From NCBI GenBank assembly GCA_038842485.1, contig JAWBSP010000008.1, positions 1 to 45,039 on the forward strand: a stretch of DNA of 45,039 nucleotides, in the 5' to 3' direction. This DNA comes from Candidatus Hadarchaeales archaeon (GTDB taxonomy: Archaea > Hadarchaeota > Hadarchaeia > Hadarchaeales > JAWBSP01). Positions 26,360 through 35,209 of the stretch are shown here, piece after piece. Position 1 is the stretch's first letter. Each line of letters begins with the position of its first letter. The position numbers were made by a program, and so were the translations under genes. Below the pieces are notes generated by a model. The model had not been told where the DNA came from. It searched no databases and was given only the letters and a program-made list of their open reading frames with translations.

Positions 26360-27348
26360 AGCGGGTTTTTGTGACCAGGCTACTGCCGGGCCCCGCTCTG
26401 GAGGTGCTGCGTGAAAAATGCGAGGTGGAAGTAAACGAGGAGGATCGGGTCCTCACCAAACGCGAAATCATTGAGGGGGTGAGGGGGAAGGACGGACTCC
26501 TCTGCCTGCTCACGGACCGGATAGATGCGGAGGTTATGGATGCGGGGGCACCCACCCTGAAGGTGATCTCGAACTATGCGGTGGGGTTCGACAACATCGA
26601 TGTACCGGAGGCCACGCGGAGGGGAATCGCTGTCACGAACACTCCCGGTGTGCTGACAGAGACCACCGCTGACCTCACCTGGGCTCTGTTGATGGCAGTT
26701 GCGAGAAGGATTGTTGAAGCAGACAAGTTTGTCCGGAGGGGGGATTGGAAGGGCTGGGCTCCCTCCCTCTTCCTAGGACGGGATGTCTACGGGAAGACCC
26801 TAGGGATCGTGGGACTTGGGAGGATAGGGAAGGCCGTGGCGAGAAGGGCGGCCGGCTTTGAGATGAAGGTCCTGTACTTTGATGTGAAACGGGACGAAAA
26901 GGCGGAGAAGGAACTAGGAGTTAGATTTGTGAGCCTCGAGGAGCTGCTAAGAGAGAGCGACTTTGTGAGCATCCATGTTCCCCTCACCAAGGAAACATGG
27001 CACCTGATCGGGGAAAAGGAACTCCGGCTGATGAAACCGACTGCCTTCTTGGTGAATGTCGCGAGGGGGCCCATCGTGGACGAAGCCGCTCTCATCAGGG
27101 CCCTGCGCGAGCACTGGATAGCTGGGGCCGCCCTTGATGTTTACGAGAGGGAACCATATGTGCCACCGGAACTCATACAGCTGGAGAACACCGTGCTTCT
27201 ACCTCACCTCGGAAGTGCAAGCGTGGAAACCAGGGAAAGGATGGCCATGATGGCGGTGGAAAACTTGCTGGCCGTTCTGGAGAGCAGAATCCCACCTAAC
27301 CTAGTGAACCCCGAGGTTGCGCCGGTGCTTGGTCTGAAACCCGCCTAA
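26356..27348 (+). CDS. gyaR: Glyoxylate/hydroxypyruvate reductase (D-2-hydroxyacid dehydrogenase)
   Basis: NYAVGFDNID, TNTPGVLTETTAD, GLGRIG, NVARG, LDVYEREP, PHLGSA. ATGA overlap with the upstream gene. Confidence 0.85.
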   Translation: MKRVFVTRLLPGPALEVLREKCEVEVNEEDRVLTKREIIEGVRGKDGLLCLLTDRIDAEVMDAGAPTLKVISNYAVGFDNIDVPEATRRGIAVTNTPGVLTETTADLTWALLMAVARRIVEADKFVRRGDWKGWAPSLFLGRDVYGKTLGIVGLGRIGKAVARRAAGFEMKVLYFDVKRDEKAEKELGVRFVSLEELLRESDFVSIHVPLTKETWHLIGEKELRLMKPTAFLVNVARGPIVDEAALIRALREHWIAGAALDVYEREPYVPPELIQLENTVLLPHLGSASVETRERMAMMAVENLLAVLESRIPPNLVNPEVAPVLGLKPA

Positions 27349-27368
27349 CCACACCTCCACAGCCGTAG

Positions 27369-27443
27369 TGGGCCCGGAGGGATTCGAACCCTCGACCAAC
27401 CGGTTATGAGCCGGACGCTCTGACCTGGCTGAGCTACGGGCCC
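27369..27443 (-). tRNA. tRNA-Ile2 (CAT anticodon, agmatidine-type); CCA not encoded
   Basis: Cloverleaf GGGCCCG TA GCTC..GAGC G TCCGG CTCATAA CCGGT..GAGGG TTCGAAT CCCTC CGGGCCC A. The GGGCCC acceptor stem favours Ile2 over Met. Confidence 0.85.
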
Positions 27444-27491
27444 CAACAACTTCTGAGTCTTAGATGTTAAAGTTATCGGACATTACTAAGG

Positions 27492-28463
27492 ATGAAAATC
27501 TTCGCCCACGGTGACGGAGACGGAGTTTGCTCGGCGGCCCTGCTCAAGATCCTTCACCCTGACGCGGAGGTGTGGTTCACCAAACCGGCCTCCATCCACC
27601 AATACCTTTCGGAAGTGGAGGGGGATGTGTACATTTTGGACATTGCCATAAATGAGAGGTTTAAGGAAGAAATCTTCAGAAAGTTGGGGGAGCTATCGAA
27701 GGAGGGAAAGAAGGTGGTTTACATAGATCATCATCCCCTCCCGCTTCAGGTCTTCAAAAGCGATGTTCCCGTCACCGACTTTGTCCACGAGGTGGGGGCC
27801 AGTACCTCCGAGCTCGTATACAGGTACTACGAGTCCTCCTTTTCCCCCGAACTGGATCGAATAGCCCTTTGGGGAGCCATCAGCGACTACTGCGAGGAGA
27901 CAGAATTCGTGAGGGAGCATGCAAGCAAGTACGACCGGCGCACCATATACTTGGAGGCGGGGCTGCTGAGCCAGGCTCTCGGCGAGGCCGATTTCGACTA
28001 CAAGCGCAAAGTGGTCGAGCAGCTGTCAAGGGGAATAAGCCCGGTGGAGATTGAGGGCATGTTTGATTGGGCCCTCAAAGCGAATCAACGGGACAAGGAA
28101 CTTTGGGAGTACGTGAAACGTAACGTGGTGAGAGAGGGGGATCTCGCCATAGTTTACGACATTCCCGTTTCGAGCGGGGGGAAGGCGGCATTCAATGCCT
28201 TGGGAATCACGGGGGCGAGCGTAGGGATCTGCGTCCTCAGGAAGGGGGAGGAGATGGACATCTCGGTCAGACGCAGGGCTGGGGTGAAGCTGAACTTGGA
28301 CCTACTGCTGAGGAAAATTGCTCCCCGATTTGGAGGCTCGGGAGGGGGTCACGAGGGAGCGGCGGGGGCCCGGATCCCCGTCGAGAACTTCCAAGCCTTC
28401 ATGGAAACCCTCAAACGCGAGATCTCACCCGTCCTGCCGCGGGACATCAGTCTCAGAAGGTGA
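27492..28463 (+). CDS. DHH/DHHA1 phosphoesterase (RecJ/NrnA-like)
   Basis: HGDGDG, ILDIA, IDHH, STSEL, GGGH..AAG. Confidence 0.85.
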   Translation: MKIFAHGDGDGVCSAALLKILHPDAEVWFTKPASIHQYLSEVEGDVYILDIAINERFKEEIFRKLGELSKEGKKVVYIDHHPLPLQVFKSDVPVTDFVHEVGASTSELVYRYYESSFSPELDRIALWGAISDYCEETEFVREHASKYDRRTIYLEAGLLSQALGEADFDYKRKVVEQLSRGISPVEIEGMFDWALKANQRDKELWEYVKRNVVREGDLAIVYDIPVSSGGKAAFNALGITGASVGICVLRKGEEMDISVRRRAGVKLNLDLLLRKIAPRFGGSGGGHEGAAGARIPVENFQAFMETLKREISPVLPRDISLRR

Positions 28464-28465
28464 TC

Positions 28466-29443
28466 TCAAACCAGTTCAACCTCGGTGCCAAGACCTAGTT
28501 CCCTTGCCCTCCTGTAAACCAGCACGGCGGTTGCTAGATCTTGAATAGCCAGACCCGTGGAATCGAAAATGGTTATCTCACTGTCGCTGAGCCTACCAGC
28601 CTTCTTCCCCGCCACTACTTCGCCCAGCTCCGCGTAGATATCGCTCCTTTTGATCATACCCTTCGAGGCGGGAACGTTGATCTCCCCGCTATGCCAAGCC
28701 TGCTCGTAATCGTCGACCACGATCTTTGCTCCTCTCAGAATCTCTGGATCAAGCTCCTCCTTCCCCGGTGCGTCCGCCCCTATCGCGTTGATGTGCACTC
28801 CCTCAGCCACCCACTCCTTTCTCACGATCGGTTCAGTTGAAGGAGTAGTGGTCACCACAATATCACAGCCTCTCACAGCCTGCTCCACGCTCTCTTTACT
28901 ATGGATGTTTACACCTAGCCGCTCTGCCCAAGATTTGAACTCCTTGCTTCTCTCCACGCTCTCAGACCACACCCTTACCTCCTCTATGTTAAACACCTCC
29001 CTCAAAGCGAGCAGCTGGGTCCTCGCCTGGGCACCCGCCCCCACTAGGCCGAGAATTTTGGAATTCCTCCTAGCGAGGTACTTCGCTGCAATCCCTCCCC
29101 CCGCCCCCGTCCGCATGTCGGTAATCCAAGTACCGTCCATGATCGCAACGGGTCTGCCGGTCTCGGGATCTATCAGAATTATAGAAGCCATCACGGTCGG
29201 TAGCCCATACTTTTTGGGATTCAGGGGATGAACGTTCACAACCTTTACCCCGCCGAAACCGAGTTCGGGAACGTAACATGGCATGGTTCTGAAATCCCCG
29301 CGAGGAAAAGTTACGTAGATTTTTGGTGGCATCTGAACCCTTCCCAGACCCTTCGCCCTAAAAACGTCCTCAACTGCCTGTATGATCTCAACCATGCTAG
29401 CGGTTTTTTCGACTTCCTTTCGGCTGAGGAGCAGCACTTTCAT
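28466..29443 (-). CDS. ala: Archaeal alanine dehydrogenase (OCD/mu-crystallin family)
   Basis: QMPPK, GDFRTMP, GVKVVNVHP.N, MRTGA, GAGAQA, FDSTGLAIQD. Start set at ATG 29443 because the longer ORF overlaps the tRNA. Confidence 0.85.
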   Translation of the reverse strand: MKVLLLSRKEVEKTASMVEIIQAVEDVFRAKGLGRVQMPPKIYVTFPRGDFRTMPCYVPELGFGGVKVVNVHPLNPKKYGLPTVMASIILIDPETGRPVAIMDGTWITDMRTGAGGGIAAKYLARRNSKILGLVGAGAQARTQLLALREVFNIEEVRVWSESVERSKEFKSWAERLGVNIHSKESVEQAVRGCDIVVTTTPSTEPIVRKEWVAEGVHINAIGADAPGKEELDPEILRGAKIVVDDYEQAWHSGEINVPASKGMIKRSDIYAELGEVVAGKKAGRLSDSEITIFDSTGLAIQDLATAVLVYRRARELGLGTEVELV

Positions 29444-29472
29444 GCCGGAAATGAACTTCCACCTTAAAACGG

Positions 29473-29590
29473 TGGCGCCGGGGGGAGGACTCGAACCTCC
29501 GACCACCCGGTCCCAGCGCGGGGCATGGAGGCTCGTTCTTCATGGCACCCGCTTAACAGCCGGGTGCTCTACCTGCTGAGCTACCCCGGC
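29473..29590 (-). tRNA. tRNA-Asn (GTT) with canonical 37/38 intron; CCA encoded
   Basis: GCCGGGG TA GCTC AGCAGGTA GAGC A CCCGG CTGTTA [42 nt] A CCGGG TGGTC GGAGG TTCGAGT CCTCC CCCCGGC G CCA. Confidence 0.92.
29512..29553 (-). other. 42-nt tRNA intron forming a BHB-like motif
   Basis: AGCGGGTGCCATGAAGAACGAGCCTCCATGCCCCGCGCTGGG, with a GCGGG/CCCGC helix next to the bulge. Confidence 0.85.
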
Positions 29591-29628
29591 TCCCCGGCAC
29601 CGATAAAAATTAGCCCTATAGTATAAGA

Positions 29629-31719
29629 GTGTCAGGAGAGGAATTTCTTAAACATTTTTCCAGCCCGCCAAAAGAGTACACCATCATGCCCTTCTGGTTC
29701 CTCAACAAAGTGGTCGGGCGCGAGGAGCTGAAGCGCCAGATAAGGGAGATGAAGGAGAAAGGCGTCTATGGCTTTTTCATTCACCCTAGGAGGGGACTTG
29801 AGGTTCCACCTCTCAAGGAGCCCAGGCGCCTCCTGCCCGCCACCGGGAGTCTATTCCTGGGATTGACTGGGTTGAGCTGGGACAAATATTTCACGGAACA
29901 GAGGAAGATACATCCCATCCCATACCTCCGGGAACCTTGGTGGGAGATGGTCTCGGCCATCCTGGAGGAAGCAGCCAGAGAAGGAATGGTGGTGGGGATC
30001 TACGATGAGATAGACTGGCCCTCAGGTACGGCGGGGATGCAGGTCACAAAAAGAAAAGAGCTGAGGATGAAGTACCTCCTCCCTTCCGGACAGATGGAGG
30101 AAGATGACAACTACATCGATGTGATGTCCTCCCTACCCACGGAGGAGTTCATCTCACTCACACACGAGGAGTACTGGAAAAAATTCAGGCACTACTTTGG
30201 AAAACTCATCACCTCCTTCTTCTCGGATGAGGTCACTCTGATACATCATTTCAAGTTTCTGGCGGCAGTTTCTCCCGCCCCTTGGAGCGAAGGGTTGGAG
30301 AAGGAATTCGAGCGGGAGCATGGTTACCGTCTTGATCTCTCACATCTGTGGAAGGAAAAACGTGGGGCCTGGAGAACCAGAATAGATTTCTGGAGCACGG
30401 TAACAAGACTTTACTCGCAGAACTTCCACGGAAGGCTGAAGAAGTGGTGCGAGAAGCATGGAGTTAAGTACACTGGTCACGTGCTGGCGGAGGAGACGGG
30501 AGCCACGCAGGTGAGGGCACAGGGGAACATCTTCGAGGTGCTGAGGCAGATGCACTGGCCCGGTGTGGACCACCTGACCAAGAAGCAGGGTGGCTCCTTC
30601 CCGAGAATAGCCAGCTCGGTGGCGCACTACATGGGGAGCGAGAGGGTTCCCTGCGAGGCCTTCGGGTCCTCGGGATGGGGGCTCCGGCTCGGGGACATGT
30701 ACCGGATAGCTAACTGGCTCTTCGCGAACGGTGTGAACATGATCGTCCCCCACGCCTTCTACCTTTCCACGGAGGGCTTCCGCTATTACGAGTACCCACC
30801 CAGCCAGTTTTTCCAGGCAAAGTTCTGGCCGGAGTACGGAGAGTTCGCCGATTATATCAGGAGGGTTTCGTACACCCTGTCTCAAGGGGTTCACGATCCG
30901 GATGTGGCGGTTCTCTATCCCGTGCAGTCCCTTTTCGCTCACCACGACCTCACCGTTTTCAACAGGTTCTGCAACTTCATCAGCGCGGAGATCGAGAATC
31001 TCCACGTGCTGCTCGGGATGATCCACATGGACTACGATTTCTTGGACGAGAAAATGGTGGCCGAGTGCAGGGTTAGCAAGGGAAGGTTACGGCTTCGAAA
31101 GGAGGAGTACAGGGCCCTAATCATCCCAGCCGCGAGCTACCTCCCTCCCGAGGTTCGCCAGAAGGTGGAGGAGAGTTTGGCGGGAGGGGTGAAAGTCATC
31201 TTCACCAGCTGGACTCCCTTCCTAGGCGAATGTGAGAAATGGAGCAAGGAAATCTTTGGAAGAGAACCCAAGCCTAAACGCAAGTTTCTCCTTCATCACA
31301 GGCTTCCCTGGCTCCTTCTCTACCAGTGGCTGGGATGGAACCTAGAGTACGTCCTAATGAAGTTTCCCTTCCCCTCAGCTTCAGCGGTGCTCGAGGGGAA
31401 GGAGGGAGCAGTGCTGATCGACACAACCTCCGGCCTCTCAGCAAGTAGAAAGAACGCCCGCCTCCTGCAGGGTCTGCTCGGGAAACAGAGGGATCCAGAA
31501 TTCGAAGGTAAAAATACAGAATTTCTCAGGCTCTTCAGGAGGAGAACGGACACGCAAAAAATCTACTTCGTGGCAAACATCTCGGGGAAGCGGGTTAAAG
31601 CCAGACTCCATTTCCCCCGTCCCGCAAAGCTCCTAGATTTTACCACAGGAAACATCCAAGAGTTCGAGGAAAGGATGGAATTTCACCCCTTCTCCGCGAT
31701 GGGCTTTCTTTCCTGTTGA
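29629..31719 (+). CDS. Glycoside hydrolase, GH106 (alpha-L-rhamnosidase)-like
   Basis: PFWFLN, GFFIHPR.GL, YDEIDWPSG.AG, FFSDE, PGVD, SSVAH, CEAFG, GVN.IVPHAF. Confidence 0.7.
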   Translation: MSGEEFLKHFSSPPKEYTIMPFWFLNKVVGREELKRQIREMKEKGVYGFFIHPRRGLEVPPLKEPRRLLPATGSLFLGLTGLSWDKYFTEQRKIHPIPYLREPWWEMVSAILEEAAREGMVVGIYDEIDWPSGTAGMQVTKRKELRMKYLLPSGQMEEDDNYIDVMSSLPTEEFISLTHEEYWKKFRHYFGKLITSFFSDEVTLIHHFKFLAAVSPAPWSEGLEKEFEREHGYRLDLSHLWKEKRGAWRTRIDFWSTVTRLYSQNFHGRLKKWCEKHGVKYTGHVLAEETGATQVRAQGNIFEVLRQMHWPGVDHLTKKQGGSFPRIASSVAHYMGSERVPCEAFGSSGWGLRLGDMYRIANWLFANGVNMIVPHAFYLSTEGFRYYEYPPSQFFQAKFWPEYGEFADYIRRVSYTLSQGVHDPDVAVLYPVQSLFAHHDLTVFNRFCNFISAEIENLHVLLGMIHMDYDFLDEKMVAECRVSKGRLRLRKEEYRALIIPAASYLPPEVRQKVEESLAGGVKVIFTSWTPFLGECEKWSKEIFGREPKPKRKFLLHHRLPWLLLYQWLGWNLEYVLMKFPFPSASAVLEGKEGAVLIDTTSGLSASRKNARLLQGLLGKQRDPEFEGKNTEFLRLFRRRTDTQKIYFVANISGKRVKARLHFPRPAKLLDFTTGNIQEFEERMEFHPFSAMGFLSC

Positions 31720-31741
31720 AAACGAGTTGCACCCAAAAGTG

Positions 31742-31757
31742 TGTTACCATGGTAACA
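31742..31757. repeat. Perfect 16-bp palindrome TGTTACCATGGTAACA (copy 1)
   Basis: Read directly from the sequence. Confidence 0.9.
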
Positions 31758-31829
31758 TTGGATGGGATCGAGGTTTTTAAGTGGTTCTACAATTAGCATA
31801 GGTCCACTTCTTGACCAAGCAAAATTACA

Positions 31830-31845
31830 TGTTACCATAGTAACA
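31830..31845. repeat. Near-perfect palindrome TGTTACCATAGTAACA (copy 2, 15/16 identical to copy 1)
   Basis: Read directly; abuts the GH31 stop codon. Confidence 0.9.
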
Positions 31846-34089
31846 TCAACATGATTTCAACTCGAGAACGTGTTCCTCGCCGTCATCGGGGATTGAAAAC
31901 CGCATCTCCCTCCCAACTTCTACCACCTTCCCATCCAGCTTTGCCTTTTCCGCGTGCATGCCCTTTACCCACACGGTCAACTTTCTCTCCCCCCAGCGGT
32001 ACCCTCCCCTAGCCTTCCCCACTCGAACCAGCAGTCCGCGCTCGCCTTCCACGCTGATTTTCCGCAACGAGAACTCGGACCTCAAACTCTCCCCGTCGTC
32101 CTCGTAAAGCTCGAATTCCCCCTCCCCAGGATATACCTGCAACACCAGCTCGTCCACCGGTTTCTCCCCAACGTAATTCATGGGTGGCCAGGTGGGAATT
32201 ATCGCACCCGCCCTTGCGAAGATCGGGATGCGCTCAAGAGGAGCCTCCGCCACAATAGTTTTGCCTCCCTCCATCTTCTCCGCTGACCAGAAGTCATACC
32301 AGCTCCCGGGTGGTAAATAAACCTCCCGCCTTCTCTGACCCTTCTTGAAAACCGGCGCAACCAACAAGAAGGGCCCGAACATGAACTCGTCCTCCCGGTA
32401 GCACTCCTCCTGCTCGGGCCAGTGGAGGAAAAGAGGTCTGAGAATGGGCATGCCGTTTCGCGTGTGCTCCCAAAACAGGGAGTAGAGATAGGGGAGTAGA
32501 GAATACCTCAGCCTGATGAAATCCCTCGCGATCCGCTCCACCCTCTCCCCGAAGCACCAGGGTTCATGGTGGCGGGCCGGCTTAGAGGTGTGGGTGCGGC
32601 AGAAGGGGTAAAAGACCCCTACCTGAATCCACCGGGCAAAGAGTTCCGGGGAGCAGCGGGTCAGGAAGGGTCTCCTTGTACCAAGAACGGTGAAACCCCC
32701 AATATCGGCCCCCACAAAGGGTATCCCGGAGATCCCTATGCTCAGGATCATCTCCACGCTGAGCTTCAGGTGATCCCAGGTGGAGTAGTTGTCGCCCGTC
32801 CAAACCGCCGCGTACTTTTGAATCCCGGCCCAGCCAGACCTGGAGAGGATGAAGGGGCGCTTCCCCGGCAGGAACTTCTCGAAGGCTCTCCAAGTCGCCT
32901 GGGCCTGCCAGACGGGATAGTAGTTCTTCACACATCTGAAGGGATGCTCACCCAGCCTCACATCGTCGGTGCGAATCCTCTTGAAGTATGCAGGCAGGTT
33001 CAAACCAGCGGAGAGGTTTGGGGTGAGGTTCCTGAGGGTTGGCTCGTTCATGTCGTTCCATATCCCCGCCACCCCCCTCCCCAGGAGCTCGGAGTGAAGG
33101 GAGGCCCACCACTCCCTCACCTCCTCCCTTGCAAAATCCGCAAAAACGCACCTGCCTGGCCAGACGTATCCCGTAAAAACAGTGCCATCCTCATGCTTCA
33201 GGAAATATCCCTTTTCCAACCCCTCATCGAAGGGCTTGTAACCTTTTTCCGCCTTGAGCCCAGGATCCACGATGGTCACCACTTTGAAGCCCAGTTTTTT
33301 GAGTTCCCCTATCAGCCGCTCAGGGTCTGGGAAGAGCCTGGTGCTCCAGGTGAAGCATCTGTAACCCTCCATGTAATCGATGTCCAGGTAGATGGCATCG
33401 CAGGGTATTTGACGCCTCCTGAACTCCCGCGCTATCCTCAGAACCTCCTGCTCCCCCTCGTACGAGAACCTAGATTGATGGTAACCCAAAGCCCAGAGGG
33501 GAGGAAGTGGAGCCCGCCCCACGAGACGGGTGAATTTCTCGAGCACCTGAGAGGGCTTCGGCCCGTGAATGAAAAGGTAGGCAATTCCCCTCCCCTCGCC
33601 GGAGAAAAGCAGGCGCTCTCCCCTGAGGTCGAAAACGCAGTCGGAGGCCGTATCCAAAAAGAACCCGTAAGAGCCCTCCCTCCTGCAGACCAGCAGAAAG
33701 GGAACGGAGAAGTAGAGCGGGTCGGTGCTTCGGTTGTAGGTGAAGGGATCCCGATTCCTGAGCTCGAACCTCTGGCCGCTCCTTTCAAACCTCCTAGCCT
33801 TCTCCCCTAGCCCGTAGTACCTCTCCCCTGCACCCCTGTACTTGCTGATGAGGAATTTCCCCCCTTCCAGCTTGGGAGGTTCTGCGTCTGGGAAAAGCAC
33901 CAAGGCCCCAAGCCGAAATTCCAACCTTCCCGCCGAACACAGGACCTCGACTTTTTCCCCCTCAAGTCTGAATTCTTCACCCGCAACTTGACGGAGGGAT
34001 GCGGGAAGCTGAAGCAGCATGCTTGGGGCCTCACCGATCTCAACCCTGAAAACGTCCTCCCCCAAGTACTCTACACGCTGAGCAGCCAT
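31846..34089 (-). CDS. GH31 alpha-glucosidase-like hydrolase
   Basis: YGLGE, PPLWALGYHQSR, LDIDYM, WNDMNEP (nucleophile), WTGDN (acid/base), GADIGGF, YEDDG. Confidence 0.93.
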   Translation of the reverse strand: MAAQRVEYLGEDVFRVEIGEAPSMLLQLPASLRQVAGEEFRLEGEKVEVLCSAGRLEFRLGALVLFPDAEPPKLEGGKFLISKYRGAGERYYGLGEKARRFERSGQRFELRNRDPFTYNRSTDPLYFSVPFLLVCRREGSYGFFLDTASDCVFDLRGERLLFSGEGRGIAYLFIHGPKPSQVLEKFTRLVGRAPLPPLWALGYHQSRFSYEGEQEVLRIAREFRRRQIPCDAIYLDIDYMEGYRCFTWSTRLFPDPERLIGELKKLGFKVVTIVDPGLKAEKGYKPFDEGLEKGYFLKHEDGTVFTGYVWPGRCVFADFAREEVREWWASLHSELLGRGVAGIWNDMNEPTLRNLTPNLSAGLNLPAYFKRIRTDDVRLGEHPFRCVKNYYPVWQAQATWRAFEKFLPGKRPFILSRSGWAGIQKYAAVWTGDNYSTWDHLKLSVEMILSIGISGIPFVGADIGGFTVLGTRRPFLTRCSPELFARWIQVGVFYPFCRTHTSKPARHHEPWCFGERVERIARDFIRLRYSLLPYLYSLFWEHTRNGMPILRPLFLHWPEQEECYREDEFMFGPFLLVAPVFKKGQRRREVYLPPGSWYDFWSAEKMEGGKTIVAEAPLERIPIFARAGAIIPTWPPMNYVGEKPVDELVLQVYPGEGEFELYEDDGESLRSEFSLRKISVEGERGLLVRVGKARGGYRWGERKLTVWVKGMHAEKAKLDGKVVEVGREMRFSIPDDGEEHVLELKSC

Positions 34090-34159
34090 TCACCAATAAG
34101 CCAGTGGGGAAAAATCATGGGGGCTAAAGAAAATTAAAACGGAAGAGGATAACTCAGAG

Positions 34160-35158
34160 ATGAAGAGGGAAACACCCTATTTCCGCGAGAAAGTAGTGCC
34201 CATTGAGGTCGGAAGGAAGAGCATCTCCCAGCTGCTGAGAGAAATGAGCAACACGGGCTTCCAAGGCAGAAAGCTGGGAGAAGTCGTGGAGATTTGGGAG
34301 GAAATGATACGCGATCCGGACCTTACCATCATCATGGGGCTCACGGGATCGATGAGCACCGCAGGGATGTGGAAGCTTGTGTGCTGGCTGATAGAGAGGA
34401 GATTTATCGATATCTTGGTACCAACGGGTGCGAATATCTCGGAGGACCTCTACGAGGCGCTCGGCGGAACCTACTGGAAGGGGAGCTGGCTGGTGGATGA
34501 CGAGGACCTGCTGCGGCACAAAATCGACCGCTTCTACGACGTCTTTGCCGACGAGTATGAGTACCGCAGAATGGAGGAAAAGCTCTCGGAATTCATGCTG
34601 TCGCTGGATGATGGAAAAATCTACTCCTCGAGGGAATTCCTCCAGCTTCTCGGAAAATGGCTGAGCGAAAGGGGGTTGAAGTGCATCGTCTCAACCGCCT
34701 ACGAGCACGGCGTCCCCATTTACTGCCCGGCGCTTGTGGACAGCGGCTATGGGATCGCCTGCATTCATGCCATAGGAAAAGGCAAACTCATTAGACTCGA
34801 TCAAGCTGAGGACTTCAGGGAATTCGCCAAACTCTGCGCCAACCGGCGAACCGGCGTCATATACATAGGCGGCGGTGTACCCAAAGATTTCGTGCAGTTG
34901 GTGGCTGTGGCTCGAGATTTGATTGGAGGATGGGAGGAACCCAAACCTCACGAATATGCCATCCAGATAACCACGGATTCCCCGCAATGGGGAGGGCTGA
35001 GCGGCTGCACCCTAGAAGAGGCCGTTAGCTGGGGAAAAGTTTCACCGCACAAAAAGGTCACGTGCTACTGCGACGCGACCATTGCCTTGCCCCTTGTGGT
35101 TCACGCCCTTCTGGAAAGGGTCGATTTCGAGAGGAAAGGTCCTACGTTCAGTTTTTGA
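34160..35158 (+). CDS. dys: Deoxyhypusine synthase
   Basis: TGFQG, GLTGSM, TGAN, GGGVPKD, GGLSGCTLEEAVSWGK (catalytic Lys), DATIALP. Confidence 0.9.
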   Translation: MKRETPYFREKVVPIEVGRKSISQLLREMSNTGFQGRKLGEVVEIWEEMIRDPDLTIIMGLTGSMSTAGMWKLVCWLIERRFIDILVPTGANISEDLYEALGGTYWKGSWLVDDEDLLRHKIDRFYDVFADEYEYRRMEEKLSEFMLSLDDGKIYSSREFLQLLGKWLSERGLKCIVSTAYEHGVPIYCPALVDSGYGIACIHAIGKGKLIRLDQAEDFREFAKLCANRRTGVIYIGGGVPKDFVQLVAVARDLIGGWEEPKPHEYAIQITTDSPQWGGLSGCTLEEAVSWGKVSPHKKVTCYCDATIALPLVVHALLERVDFERKGPTFSF

Positions 35159-35209
35159 ATTGTTAAAAATACAACAAAAGCTTTAAATACTTTGTTAATA
35201 ATATAACAA
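35159..35209 (+). promoter_or_regulatory. BRE/TATA promoter of the cdc48 operon
   Basis: CAAAAG-CTTTAAATA ~25 nt upstream of GTG 35210, flanked by the imperfect inverted repeat AACAAAAG/CTTTGTT. Confidence 0.55.

Noticed and set aside
27369-27443. tRNA-Met assignment
   Set aside because: The acceptor stem GGGCCC fits archaeal Ile2, and it lacks the initiator A1:U72 pair and GGG/CCC anticodon stem.
29444-29506. Extended alanine dehydrogenase start
   Set aside because: It falls inside tRNA-Asn; the ATG at 29443 fits the family.
27369-29590. tRNA genes as integration sites of an island
   Set aside because: No integrase and no duplicated tRNA 3' end were seen, and the flanking genes are metabolic.
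31742-31845. MITE, or ORB/dif site
   Set aside because: No target-site duplication or transposase. It does not match ORB (TTCCAGTGGAAAC plus G-string) or the 11-6-11 dif layout. Kept only as an unexplained palindrome pair.
32566-33810. 414-aa + strand ORF
   Set aside because: Antisense shadow of the GH31 gene with no motifs; typical of GC-rich DNA.
35159-35209. Phr-type heat-shock operator upstream of cdc48
   Set aside because: Only a partial resemblance, and the spacing differs from the consensus as I recall it.
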